A stretch of 64,000 nucleotides of DNA from an uncultured Muribaculum sp. Its GTDB lineage: Bacteria; Bacteroidota; Bacteroidia; Bacteroidales; Muribaculaceae. A model generated the notes under the pieces. It had not been told where the DNA came from, did not search any database, and was given only the letters and a program-made list of their open reading frames with translations. The position numbers and the translations under genes were made by a program. Of this stretch, positions 21,755 through 31,610 are shown one piece after another. Location of the stretch: NCBI GenBank assembly GCA_910578785.1, contig CAJTSJ010000011.1, positions 9,248-73,247 on the forward strand, read 5' to 3'. Positions within the stretch are counted from its first letter, which is position 1. Each line of letters begins with the position of its first letter.

Positions 21755-22813
21755 TCAAATGTGCATTAAATCGCGGTATAAGTCAAACGCAATCTTGATT
21801 TTCTCCTCATCGCAGACGCAGTTGACTTCGACCGACCCTACATCGCGCAACAATGTGAAATTGATGGCCTCGGAGTCGTTTTTCTTGTCGTGGCGCATAT
21901 ATTCGAGCAATGCCGGATAATCGGCACATCCGATATAATATGCTCCATAATGTTCAAGGACATAAGAAGAAAACCGCCGCAACTCATCGGCAGGAAATCC
22001 CATCTGCATGTGGCTTAGCACGAGCTCAACCACACACCCCCAGGCAACGGCATAACCGTGTGCTATCGGCCGGCATCGTTCAAGGGCCAGACTCTCGAAT
22101 GCATGTCCGACCGTATGGCCAAGGTTAAGCGCCTTGCGCAGTCCCTTCTCGTGCGGATCCTCCATCACTATCCGGCGCTTCACCTCGACCGACTCCTTCA
22201 GAAGAGGCAAAAGGTCGTCGGCATTTTCGGCGGAAGGATTAAAAGCCATTAACCCGTCATACTGTTCCCTGCCCGACAGCAGTCCGTGCTTAAGCATCTC
22301 AGCATAACCCGACAGCACCTCCTCGCGTGGAAGAGTGTCGAAAAAGCATGTGGATATCACAACAGCAGAAGCTTCGCGAAAAGCCCCGATTTCATTCTTG
22401 AATCCATTGAAATTAATTCCGGTCTTGCCGCCTACGGCAGCATCCACCGCCGACAGCAACGTGGTCGGCACGTTGATAAAGCGCATTCCCCGCTTAAATG
22501 TAGCGCCGGCAAATCCGCCCATGTCGGTTATCACGCCTCCACCGAGATTTATCAGAAGAGAATGGCGCGTGGCCCCCTCTTTCTGCAATGCATCCCAGAT
22601 TGACGAAAGCGTGGTCAGATTCTTATGCGAATCGCCGGAAGGCACTACAATGGAGCGTACTCCTTCGAGCGCAGGGCCTTCAATACGTGGCTTCACAAGA
22701 CCCGCAACATTTTCATCCATAAGCACCCACGCGGAAGGATTTCCCATGGATTCCCTCAACGAGCCTATGGCATCGGCCACATCATTGGTAAATATCAGAC
22801 TCTGATGCGTCAT
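21755..22813 (-). CDS. aroB: 3-dehydroquinate synthase
   Basis: GGGVITDMGGF, PTTLLSAVDAAVGGKTG, LNLGHTVGHAFE. Confidence 0.96.
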   Translation of the reverse strand: MTHQSLIFTNDVADAIGSLRESMGNPSAWVLMDENVAGLVKPRIEGPALEGVRSIVVPSGDSHKNLTTLSSIWDALQKEGATRHSLLINLGGGVITDMGGFAGATFKRGMRFINVPTTLLSAVDAAVGGKTGINFNGFKNEIGAFREASAVVISTCFFDTLPREEVLSGYAEMLKHGLLSGREQYDGLMAFNPSAENADDLLPLLKESVEVKRRIVMEDPHEKGLRKALNLGHTVGHAFESLALERCRPIAHGYAVAWGCVVELVLSHMQMGFPADELRRFSSYVLEHYGAYYIGCADYPALLEYMRHDKKNDSEAINFTLLRDVGSVEVNCVCDEEKIKIAFDLYRDLMHI

Positions 22814-23550
22814 ATAGAAGTTTTAAAGAAGTTCAACAACAGCGGAAGACGCTCAGCCATTTCGGGCATCGAGTCGTAGACTATATCTGCACCGGCATCC
22901 ACAAGTGCCTGGCGCGGAACAGGGCCTGTAGTAACGCCGATAGTGAATGCACCGGAAGCGGCTCCGGCCATCACGCCCATCGGAGCGTTGTCTACGGCTA
23001 TAGAATTTTCTGGCGACGCGCCGGCCAGCTCCATTCCCTTGAAGAACGGCTCCGGATGAGGCTTGCCGTGCGATACATCGCGCGACGTCACCCGGCGTCC
23101 TTCGGGGAAGGCACCGGGATAATCTTCGGACAGACGGTCTATAAGCGAATGTTGTCCTGAACCCGTGACAAGCACCGTCACGATGTCATGCGACAAAAAT
23201 TCGGCCACCATCTTCTGTGCGCCCGGCATTACGACAGGCTTTCTTAGTTCATTAAAATAAACCGTCTTCCTGTGGTACAGCTCCGCCACCTCCTCAGGCG
23301 AAGCATCGCGCCCGAACGCCCGCTGAAACAGCAGATTGATGGTAGAGGCACCCGTGCGTCCCTCATACATGTAAAATTCATCAAGTGTACAGTCGACACC
23401 CTGCTCCATCATGAGCCGGTGCCACGCCTGCGCATGCAGAGGCATGGAGTCATAAAGAGTGCCGTCCATATCTATCAGCGCGGCCGACGGAGCAAAGCTC
23501 ATCAGGTCGCGGCGCCGCAGATATTCGGCTATAGCTTTCTGTTCCATCAT
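22810..23550 (-). CDS. HAD family hydrolase (beta-phosphoglucomutase-like)
   Basis: DMDGTLYDS, GKPHPEPF motifs. Confidence 0.9.
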   Translation of the reverse strand: MMEQKAIAEYLRRRDLMSFAPSAALIDMDGTLYDSMPLHAQAWHRLMMEQGVDCTLDEFYMYEGRTGASTINLLFQRAFGRDASPEEVAELYHRKTVYFNELRKPVVMPGAQKMVAEFLSHDIVTVLVTGSGQHSLIDRLSEDYPGAFPEGRRVTSRDVSHGKPHPEPFFKGMELAGASPENSIAVDNAPMGVMAGAASGAFTIGVTTGPVPRQALVDAGADIVYDSMPEMAERLPLLLNFFKTSI

Positions 23551-26500
23551 TTTTCTTTAACATTGGTGATTGCAGGAACCGAATCAAGCGGAGCTTCAAT
23601 CAGTCCCTCCTTTATAAACAATAACGAGTCCTGAGCCGAAATAGTGTCGCCCGGCACATCGGCATCCATCGACGGCGATACGGGAGCCACTTTAAGGGGA
23701 CCCAGACGGGCGGCCCGCGCCCCGCGCTGGAACACCCGGTCAATCTCTTTCAATAGATTGACACGCGTGGTGTCGACTATCGCAAGACGTTCTCCGGCAT
23801 TGCCCGGCTTATATTTGGCACCGCCGAGCCTTATCTTCATGTCATCGGCATTCCCTGAAATATTTATACCGAATTTAAATGGCAGCGGCGACTTCAACAC
23901 CGACACGTGGTACTTATAGTTCAGGTTAAGGTCATTAGACCCCATCACGGCAAGACGGTAACGGTCGAAGTCAAAGACAAACGGGAACAACTCTACCGTA
24001 GAATTGCGTATCAGAAGTTCGACACTCATGTCGTCGATTTTATTCCCTGATATTTTCTTATCCTTAAACATCAGCCACTTGGCCATCGTTCGGAATGTCT
24101 CCGCATCGAGAAGCACCAGATTGCTGCCGTTAAGCTTGACAGCGGCATCAAGCGTAGGCATTACTATGTTCATCGTGGAGTCTATATCGGACGTGGCCAC
24201 GACATCGGCGCTGATTATACCCTCGAAGCTGTTCAGCAACGGCATCAGCGAGTCGACCGCCGGCATCATGCCGATAAACTCCTTGATTTTTATGCCGTCG
24301 AGCTGCAACCCCATACCGAAATGCATGTCGGACTTGGTCGGAGCCATATACAGAGCCGTCATGCGCGCGCTGCCTATATCGGAACGCGCCGAGAGGTTGC
24401 GCAGCGTCATCACACCTTCGTTGACCATCAGACGCCCGTTGAAGTCACGCATGTGCATGTCGGAATACACTATGTTGTCGGCATCTATTCTGATGTCGGC
24501 CCTCAGATTCATCGGTACAAGCAATGCGCCTATCGTGTCAGACGAGTTGGCCGCGTCGGCAAGTCGGTCAAGTTCAGCGGCGTCCATAGTCACATCGGCC
24601 ACATCTCCCGACACACCGGCCTTGCCGGCATAAGAGGCACCAACATAAGCGGCCTGCACAAGTTCGTTGACATTCAGCGAATCACACTTGACTCGGAAGT
24701 CAATATTCAACGGAGCGCCACGGGTAATCGCACGCGTAATTCCGCGAACGGCACCATTTATAGTAAAGTCCGACCGTCCGGCATCGTATCGTATGTCGTT
24801 AAGCACTACACTGTCCGTGGAGAACGATATGTCGAAATGCGATATGCGGTTACGTATCGGGAAATGCGGAGTAAAAGCTCCTCCACGCTCTGCCGACAGA
24901 TGGCCTGCGACGTTCCAGCGGCGCAACAATTTCTTGGCGTCATCACCCAGGTCAAGGCTGATCCGCTCATAAGCGACCGAGTCCGTGCGCGACCGTGAAG
25001 CGTACCGCGCCCGCAGAATCGACACCGCCGAATCCTGCGATATGCCGGGATTGCTCATAAGTATCGAGTCGTACCGGGCCTTGATTCTCTGCGGAACGGC
25101 CCTGCGCTTTCGCAAATGCGCCGTTACGTCCACATGTCCTTTCTGAAGCATCAGATAGTTAGACCTGTCGGTAAAAAAGGCCCTGCGTATATCGCCGAAC
25201 AGCTGAAGCATCGGCACATCCTTTTGTCCTTCATACCGGCGCAGCATCGCGTTCCACGCCACATCGCGCAGTCTGACCATTGACGAATCGGCATCCTCAT
25301 AGTTCAGCGCACCGATTTTCAACACTGCGCCGAAAGGCATGACCACCGTGCTGTCTGCACCGCGTGGTTTATTCAGGCATCCGGCTCCTATGTTGGCTTT
25401 GCTAAGCCCGACTTTCATACCTTCGTAGACTAACGATGCCGAATCAATTTTTACAGAAGCGGTCAACAACGAATCGACGCGCCTTGCATCTGTGACAAAA
25501 GATGTGTTTGTACCGAGCTTGAACTCAACGTCGCGTACATAAACCTCCATGCCGGAGTCAGGGACAATGTAGTTAACATCTCTCAATCCGAGCTTTCCGT
25601 CAAGAAGTATACGATGGAAACGCCCCACGTTCATGTCGGACAAGCGCATCTTTACCTTCGAGTCGAAGTCTACGCTTCCGGTAAGCTCGCCGGGCAATTC
25701 GGCTTTCAACGCCGCCGGAACCTTCGAAAAGTCCACATCGGCATTGACCATGGCATCGATGTAAGGATCAGAGGACAGGTTCGTAAACCGCCCCTTCAAA
25801 TCGACCACGGCCCCGACAGCCGACGCCTGTAGTCTGCCGATTTCAAGCACCGCCCTATTGATGTCGCCGTCGGGTATGTTCATATTACCCTCAAAAGCAA
25901 AAGACTTAAGCTCGTATTTGCGGTCGTACAGCAACCGGCACCGAGGCACAGCCAGTCTGACATCCATCGACGGCAGACCAGAATCGACTCCGACTACGTA
26001 TGGCGACAGCAACGTCACTTCCATGTCGATCCTCATATCGGTATCGATATCCCCTATCTTCTCCCGGTATGTGTCGGGCACCACCGACAGAAGGTCATCG
26101 GGCGACACTCCGCCGAGCGCCATGCCGAACCGGCTGAGAGTCATCGGCTCGGACAGGTTCAGAGACAGGTCAAATTTCGGCTTCAGGGCCCCTATCCCAA
26201 GCTCAAAATCGCTAAGCTCCACTATTTCCGGCCGTGAATAGCTCCATTTTACATTTCCGTTGATTGACATGTCAAGCGACTTGTAGCGCAGTTCCGGAGG
26301 CAGTAGCATGTCCATGCCGGCGTTCAGATCCACGTGGTAACCGCTGTCGTTACCGGTAAGAAGGGGCGACTTCCTCACGGTCAGTGCCAGATTCATGCTG
26401 TCGGGAACCGAATAATATCTTATAGGCAGTGAATCCTGTATCTCGAACCGGTCGATTCTGATGTCCGGCACCAGCAACGTTCCGGTTGAAGTCTCAACAG

Positions 26501-27008
26501 AATCAACCGAAGGATATGTGATGTCAAAGTTTGCAGTCTCGGCATCGTACACGACTGCGTTGATTTTCGATGCGCCGAGACGTATATCGGACAGACTTAT
26601 GTTGCCTGCCAGCAGTGACGGCACATTCAGCGAGCCGTGAAAGCGACCAATGACCAACAGCGTATCGGCTTCGGCCGGCATCTTTGCACGTTCGGCTTCC
26701 GGCAGACCGTCAAATGCACGGCTTCTGATGACAAGCGAGTCGACATCCAGAATAAGATGCGGGAACGTGCGCCACACCGTAAGCTCGACTCTCGCCAGAC
26801 CCACATCGGCATTAAGCAGTTGGTTAGCCTGTGAGCCGACTATAGAAGTCAGACGCTCAGGAGTTAGAATCCATGCCACACCGCACATGGCCAGCAATAT
26901 GACAGCCACGGCCAAACCGACAATCCACGTAAACACCCGTAACAGACGTCCGGCAAATGAACGCTTACCGGCAGCTTTGTTTTCTACTTTCCCGTCCGGC
27001 ATAATCAA
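23547..27008 (-). CDS. AsmA-like large envelope protein
   Basis: 1153 aa, single N-terminal TM anchor, beta-rich throughout, C-terminal YHVSVLKSPLPFKFGINISG. Confidence 0.8.
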   Translation of the reverse strand: MIMPDGKVENKAAGKRSFAGRLLRVFTWIVGLAVAVILLAMCGVAWILTPERLTSIVGSQANQLLNADVGLARVELTVWRTFPHLILDVDSLVIRSRAFDGLPEAERAKMPAEADTLLVIGRFHGSLNVPSLLAGNISLSDIRLGASKINAVVYDAETANFDITYPSVDSVETSTGTLLVPDIRIDRFEIQDSLPIRYYSVPDSMNLALTVRKSPLLTGNDSGYHVDLNAGMDMLLPPELRYKSLDMSINGNVKWSYSRPEIVELSDFELGIGALKPKFDLSLNLSEPMTLSRFGMALGGVSPDDLLSVVPDTYREKIGDIDTDMRIDMEVTLLSPYVVGVDSGLPSMDVRLAVPRCRLLYDRKYELKSFAFEGNMNIPDGDINRAVLEIGRLQASAVGAVVDLKGRFTNLSSDPYIDAMVNADVDFSKVPAALKAELPGELTGSVDFDSKVKMRLSDMNVGRFHRILLDGKLGLRDVNYIVPDSGMEVYVRDVEFKLGTNTSFVTDARRVDSLLTASVKIDSASLVYEGMKVGLSKANIGAGCLNKPRGADSTVVMPFGAVLKIGALNYEDADSSMVRLRDVAWNAMLRRYEGQKDVPMLQLFGDIRRAFFTDRSNYLMLQKGHVDVTAHLRKRRAVPQRIKARYDSILMSNPGISQDSAVSILRARYASRSRTDSVAYERISLDLGDDAKKLLRRWNVAGHLSAERGGAFTPHFPIRNRISHFDISFSTDSVVLNDIRYDAGRSDFTINGAVRGITRAITRGAPLNIDFRVKCDSLNVNELVQAAYVGASYAGKAGVSGDVADVTMDAAELDRLADAANSSDTIGALLVPMNLRADIRIDADNIVYSDMHMRDFNGRLMVNEGVMTLRNLSARSDIGSARMTALYMAPTKSDMHFGMGLQLDGIKIKEFIGMMPAVDSLMPLLNSFEGIISADVVATSDIDSTMNIVMPTLDAAVKLNGSNLVLLDAETFRTMAKWLMFKDKKISGNKIDDMSVELLIRNSTVELFPFVFDFDRYRLAVMGSNDLNLNYKYHVSVLKSPLPFKFGINISGNADDMKIRLGGAKYKPGNAGERLAIVDTTRVNLLKEIDRVFQRGARAARLGPLKVAPVSPSMDADVPGDTISAQDSLLFIKEGLIEAPLDSVPAITNVKEK

Positions 27009-27880
27009 TCGTTCTTATTTTCAACTGCCACAGGGCGCGCCGTGATATGGAAACAACCCTGCTTTCGCTCATACTTGACATAGCACTTGCCCTCGGCGCT
27101 AAGTTCTTTCAGAATCTCGGCAAGCAGATTCTTCAGATCCTCCTGCGTACGGTTGACAGTCATTGAATCGCAGATAAATTTCGCATAGCTGATGTCGAAA
27201 GTCGTGCCGAACTGATGGGCCGACGTTTTGACTGCGTTAATGTTGCGCCGGCGAAGTTTCTTAATGCCGGTGCTCGTGCGCAGAACGCTCGTCACCTTTA
27301 TTCTGTAACTGCCTCCGCCACGGGCCTGAAGCGTGTCGTTGAAACGCGCCCCGATTTCGCTCAGAAGGTCATAGGCTTCCGGCACAAGATACGGCAACGA
27401 ATGAGTCAGATTGTCGACAAAATATTCCTTACACGACGCAATCTTCTTTACCGGACGACGCAGGTTCCACGCGTCCGATAAGCTTTCAATAGGTTTTATG
27501 CCAAGTTTTTCCGCCACGGCGAGCTGAACATGGTTACTGTCATTGAATACACGGCTGAGCGAGCCGCCAAGCGGATTCACGTGAAGCTTGACACAATTGA
27601 GGTCAGACATTGAATCAAGATGGCTCATAAATGCACTGTCGGCATCGGACACCGGCATATCGGCAAGAGCCTCAGCGACCTCCTTCATCACAGAGTCCGA
27701 CGTGCCGGTGGCATTCGCCTTGTCCGGTACATCGTCCTCACGGGGCTCGTCAACCTCCTCATCCGTGTCGAAAGCTATCACATAACTGTCATTATCGGGA
27801 TTGCCGCCGTCAACGCCGCATGCCGTCAACGCAAAAGACATCAGGCAGACACAAAACACGATATTATGGAATTTACGCAT
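27005..27880 (-). CDS. DUF5715-type lipoprotein, possible M15-like Zn peptidase
   Basis: Lipobox LTAC; THSLPYLVP, TSVLRT, SAHQFGTTFDISY, YERKQGCFHIT. Confidence 0.75.
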   Translation of the reverse strand: MRKFHNIVFCVCLMSFALTACGVDGGNPDNDSYVIAFDTDEEVDEPREDDVPDKANATGTSDSVMKEVAEALADMPVSDADSAFMSHLDSMSDLNCVKLHVNPLGGSLSRVFNDSNHVQLAVAEKLGIKPIESLSDAWNLRRPVKKIASCKEYFVDNLTHSLPYLVPEAYDLLSEIGARFNDTLQARGGGSYRIKVTSVLRTSTGIKKLRRRNINAVKTSAHQFGTTFDISYAKFICDSMTVNRTQEDLKNLLAEILKELSAEGKCYVKYERKQGCFHITARPVAVENKND

Positions 27881-27939
27881 ATACTTTATATGATTTGTCG
27901 AAAACAGAATGTAAAATTACGAATATCAAATAACAATAA

Positions 27940-28186
27940 CAAAAATCGGGCGACAATACTTTCACAAGCATCATCGCCCTTCCATTCATGAGAAATCTAT
28001 CTACTATTATTAGATTTTAGATTCTTAGAATGTTTTTTTTCGTTTGTTGTCTGGTAGTATTTATATTTTAATTCAGGCTTTTCACAACTGCCACAGTCGC
28101 GATTGTCGTTTATACAATTCAAATAAGTCAAAATAGCGATTAACTACAAATCAAGTAATATATAAAAACTCAATTCTATTGTTTGA
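27940..28186 (-). ncRNA. Candidate intergenic small RNA (about 245 nt)
   Basis: TAATATTG -7-like element at 28199-28192; AU-rich body with no credible ORF; terminator hairpin at 27948-27979. Confidence 0.45.
27941..27979 (-). terminator. Intrinsic terminator with GTGA tetraloop
   Basis: Minus strand GGGCGATGATGCTT-GTGA-AAGTATTGTCGCCC followed by GATTTTT. Confidence 0.75.
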
Positions 28187-28332
28187 CAATGCAATATTAA
28201 TATTTTTTTGATAACATTGCAACATCCGCAGGCATTATTTTTTGAAAACATGCTAAAGAACACATTTTGAATATGCTCAAATGTTAAAATCCATGTTTTA
28301 CCTATCGAAATTACCTCTGATACGGCAGTTGA

Positions 28333-29577
28333 CTATTCGGAAGGATAAGAGAATTTGTCAAACACGTAAATTCCAAACAAACCGTGCCTATATGTTATTA
28401 TGACTTCGCTTCGGGGCGGAACTTTATATAATTCGACATCATCAATTTTCATTATTCTGTTTCCGGTCTTAAGCTCCACTACAGTTACAAATCGGCTGAA
28501 ATCTCCCCTGCCTCTGCCTATATGGTGGAATTTACCATTGGTCACGATTGCAGTTTCACTTATCGGTCCGGATGCAAACAGCCGGTTTATTCCATCAAAC
28601 AATCCGACACATGCACCGACGGCCATTACTCCGCAGGCAAAACCCAAAGTGACCGACATTAGCATGCCTACAAACAATCCATTCCCTTTCAGACCGTTTT
28701 TAAGTGTAATAATCAGGAAATATACAGAAACCGACAAGCATCCGCCAAACCAGATCCACCAAGGAACGTCGTAGAGTGTACGCTTATGCAGATCGAAGAA
28801 ATAAAACAACACCGGAATATATACGGGAGCCAATACAACCCAATATACCCATTCGGGCAACAGTCTATACCAAGGCTTGCGTCTGTGCTTTTCAATATCG
28901 CACCCCGCAGAAACCCGACCGGCATTCTCCGAGGCATCCGAGCGCTTCAGATGCTTTAAAGGCCATTTGGTAAACAATCTGAATATGGATTTTCTATCGC
29001 ACCAACGGCGGATATAGGTATAGCTGTCGCTGAACATTCCGCTTCGAAACATACAACGGTGCTTATTTTTGCGTGCCTCCCTGATTATTGCCATAGCTTC
29101 TTCCTCCCTGCCGTTATGGATGAGAGCCATAAGATAAAGAAGCCGGTCGGGGTCATGATCCATCCGGGATTCATCGGGATAAAAGAGGTCGGCATCAGGG
29201 TTATCCGCTATAAACCTTGTTATTTCGGCGGTCGCATCGTTAAATACCTGTGCAAATAGACTTTCAAGCTTGCTCTTGTCGGCCGTATCTTTAATCTCAT
29301 AAGTAGCCAGCACTTGCCCTGAAAGAGAGTAAGCTCCTGTTCCGCGCAAGCTCATAGGCTCTTTCTTGTTTTCCGATGCGCCCCATATATCCCACCATAA
29401 GTCATCGGCATACATGGGTTTTACAGTGAGACGGGCTTCATCTGTCAGAAAAGACAGACAGAAGAAGTAGCCACCATCAACCTCAAAGTTGATATAGGAA
29501 CTTTGGCGAAAGCCATATTTTCGGCTCACGCTACGTCTCACATCAGCTATTATTTTCTTATACTCCTTGTCGGTCAT
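28333..29577 (-). CDS. Array gene 9: two-part hypothetical protein (soluble N-terminal half, multi-TM C-terminal half)
   Basis: Start reassigned to ATG 29577 (MTDKEYKK) inside the degenerate junction TAGCAAGGCGATGA; three hydrophobic segments in the C-terminal half. Confidence 0.75.
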   Translation of the reverse strand: MTDKEYKKIIADVRRSVSRKYGFRQSSYINFEVDGGYFFCLSFLTDEARLTVKPMYADDLWWDIWGASENKKEPMSLRGTGAYSLSGQVLATYEIKDTADKSKLESLFAQVFNDATAEITRFIADNPDADLFYPDESRMDHDPDRLLYLMALIHNGREEEAMAIIREARKNKHRCMFRSGMFSDSYTYIRRWCDRKSIFRLFTKWPLKHLKRSDASENAGRVSAGCDIEKHRRKPWYRLLPEWVYWVVLAPVYIPVLFYFFDLHKRTLYDVPWWIWFGGCLSVSVYFLIITLKNGLKGNGLFVGMLMSVTLGFACGVMAVGACVGLFDGINRLFASGPISETAIVTNGKFHHIGRGRGDFSRFVTVVELKTGNRIMKIDDVELYKVPPRSEVIITYRHGLFGIYVFDKFSYPSE

Positions 29578-29584
29578 CGCCTTG

Positions 29585-29884
29585 CTATTCAAAACCTATT
29601 GTTAATGCTTTAACTGCGTAATTCCAACTCCAGATATATATTGCTCCCATCAGTCCAATACCAATAATAAGGAAAACAAGCAAAGCAATCCCGACATCTT
29701 TATGTCTATTTCTAAAAGCATAAACCACATTTACCGACTGCGCAATTATCAGCAATAGATTCGCCGCCAAAAGCCACCTGTTGACTTCTGCTGTACCGCC
29801 AACGAACAGCACAGCAAATGAGGCCGCGAACACAATCGCAAATAATACGATAATCACCCATTTTGCTTTATATATCAGTTTCAT
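29585..29884 (-). CDS. Array gene 8: small 3-TM membrane protein
   Basis: 99 aa, three hydrophobic helices; ATG lies within the junction motif. Confidence 0.75.
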   Translation of the reverse strand: MKLIYKAKWVIIVLFAIVFAASFAVLFVGGTAEVNRWLLAANLLLIIAQSVNVVYAFRNRHKDVGIALLVFLIIGIGLMGAIYIWSWNYAVKALTIGFE

Positions 29885-29916
29885 CGCTTGCCTCCTTCCC
29901 GATTTAACAATTCTTG
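29879..29916. repeat. Array junction repeat, copy 1
   Basis: TTTCATCGCTTGCCTCCTTCCCG-ATTTAA-CAATTCTTG; the first 23 nt are identical to copy 2. Confidence 0.9.
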
Positions 29917-30462
29917 TTTTGGAACAAGATCTATCGACTCAATCTTTGCAATGTCTGCGGCAATAGGGATTAAAGTCAGTTCCACGTTATAATCTTGTCG
30001 TAACACCTCAGCACCGGAGTATTCCCTAAGATTGAAAGTCCGACCGAATGATTTGCCATTATATCTGAAATAAATTTCATCAATATTAGATGTTGAGTAA
30101 CCGTTTAACGGTGTTTCAATTACAATGTAGCCTTTCTGTTTTGCAATAATATCAAGAGTAACAAAACCGATAACTACCAATGAAAGACACGATAACGCAC
30201 CACCCTTAACCCATCGACTTGCCTTTGATTGTTTTGGCACGATGTAACTGCCTATTGTCAATAAACAAACGACCCATGTAGCCCAATCATACATCTGACA
30301 AGTAATAAGGAAGCCTCTCGACAGCCATATCGCTATCCCAAACAATCCGATTATTGCCCAAAGCAAATAATCAATTGTTCGAGAGCGAACATCCTTATAT
30401 ATCTCCATGCCGATGACATATATGATAAAGGCTATCGTTATGTATTTCATTACGTAATCCAT
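29881..30462 (-). CDS. Array gene 7: membrane protein ending REGGKR
   Basis: About 4 N-terminal TM segments; stop codon lies inside the junction motif. Confidence 0.75.
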   Translation of the reverse strand: MDYVMKYITIAFIIYVIGMEIYKDVRSRTIDYLLWAIIGLFGIAIWLSRGFLITCQMYDWATWVVCLLTIGSYIVPKQSKASRWVKGGALSCLSLVVIGFVTLDIIAKQKGYIVIETPLNGYSTSNIDEIYFRYNGKSFGRTFNLREYSGAEVLRQDYNVELTLIPIAADIAKIESIDLVPKQELLNREGGKR

Positions 30463-30494
30463 AATTAATACAATTTCAGACTCTTGCTTATCTA

Positions 30495-30731
30495 TTATTT
30501 GGCTATTAAAATCAGTATCACTGCGATGACAAGAAAGCCGAAAAATCCGTTGGCAAGGTTGTTGTCGGCATGGTCTATGTCATTGAAATCTTCCGAACCA
30601 TAGCGGATTTGCCTGTATGACACCTTCTGCCCTCGACGGAACAGCCGCATACACCCATACCGAAGCCCGGCTCCGATATGAAGAACCGCTGACCTGAACC
30701 ATGAACGGATAAATATAGCTATCAATTCCAT
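30495..30731 (-). CDS. Array gene 6: small membrane protein
   Basis: 78 aa with hydrophobic C-terminal helix; tightly packed in the array. Confidence 0.65.
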   Translation of the reverse strand: MELIAIFIRSWFRSAVLHIGAGLRYGCMRLFRRGQKVSYRQIRYGSEDFNDIDHADNNLANGFFGFLVIAVILILIAK

Positions 30732-30737
30732 ATCCTG

Positions 30738-31610
30738 TTATATCACTTTACGCTCGCCTGTCTCTATTTTTGAAATCTTGTTTGTGGCCCCGTCGACTTC
30801 CATGTAAAGTATATCGGTCACGTTATCATCGTTGGGATTAGGCTTGTATTTCACCTCAAATGAATACTTTTCCAATGGGAGGCCGTTTAGCTCGTCAAGA
30901 TTATTTATTTGAAGCGTCCGGTCGGCGTGCCTGAAGTCGGTATCGTCCGAAACAATCGGGAGTGTCGTGGCTGACAGTTCTTCAGCAAGTTCTTTGGTGC
31001 AAAAATGTTCATAGAGCCGTTTCAAATCTGCCGCAGATGCGCCGACCGCTCTTTCGTTAAGATACAGAGCCATAAAATCGGCGATATAACTATTCCCATC
31101 AACGCCCATCTCATATTCAAGGACTGAGAGATTTGATGTGCCGTCGGGAAGAATCTGATACAGCATATTCCAACCGTCGTCCGTGTCTGGCAGAAAGCAT
31201 CCAAATGATAAATATATAGCTGAGTCCGAAGCCCAGAATACATAGCCACCCCACTGCATCATATATTCACCTTCGTTGCCGACCACATCTTTTGTCCGTA
31301 TCTCCTTGTCGAAATACACGACTTTATTGTCATAAGACAGGGTCAGAAACACAGACGAATCCCTTACTGCCCAATCATCCCGCCCGACTACGACTTCGTT
31401 GGAATCTTTTGTAGTTTTGACAGTCCAATGTCCTATAACTGTATCTTCAATTACCCTGCCTCTGACGATTTCAGAGTCGGTCACAATTACAGAATCTTCT
31501 GTCGGTAGTTGTTGTTGCGACGCATTGCCGAGCTTTCCCTGCCCGGAACAAGTCGCAATCAAGCCTGAGACTATAACTGCAGAAGCAATAACACTAATCA
31601 ATTTTTTCAT
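30738..31610 (-). CDS. Array gene 5: exported/lipoprotein, acidic
   Basis: MKKLISVIASAVIVSGLIATC signal with Cys; ATG lies within the junction motif. Confidence 0.75.
   Translation of the reverse strand: MKKLISVIASAVIVSGLIATCSGQGKLGNASQQQLPTEDSVIVTDSEIVRGRVIEDTVIGHWTVKTTKDSNEVVVGRDDWAVRDSSVFLTLSYDNKVVYFDKEIRTKDVVGNEGEYMMQWGGYVFWASDSAIYLSFGCFLPDTDDGWNMLYQILPDGTSNLSVLEYEMGVDGNSYIADFMALYLNERAVGASAADLKRLYEHFCTKELAEELSATTLPIVSDDTDFRHADRTLQINNLDELNGLPLEKYSFEVKYKPNPNDDNVTDILYMEVDGATNKISKIETGERKVI

Noticed and set aside
29902..29912. TGTTAAAT (minus strand) resembling a XerD arm / pdif site
   Set aside because: Present in only one junction copy, with no recognisable XerC arm at the right spacing.
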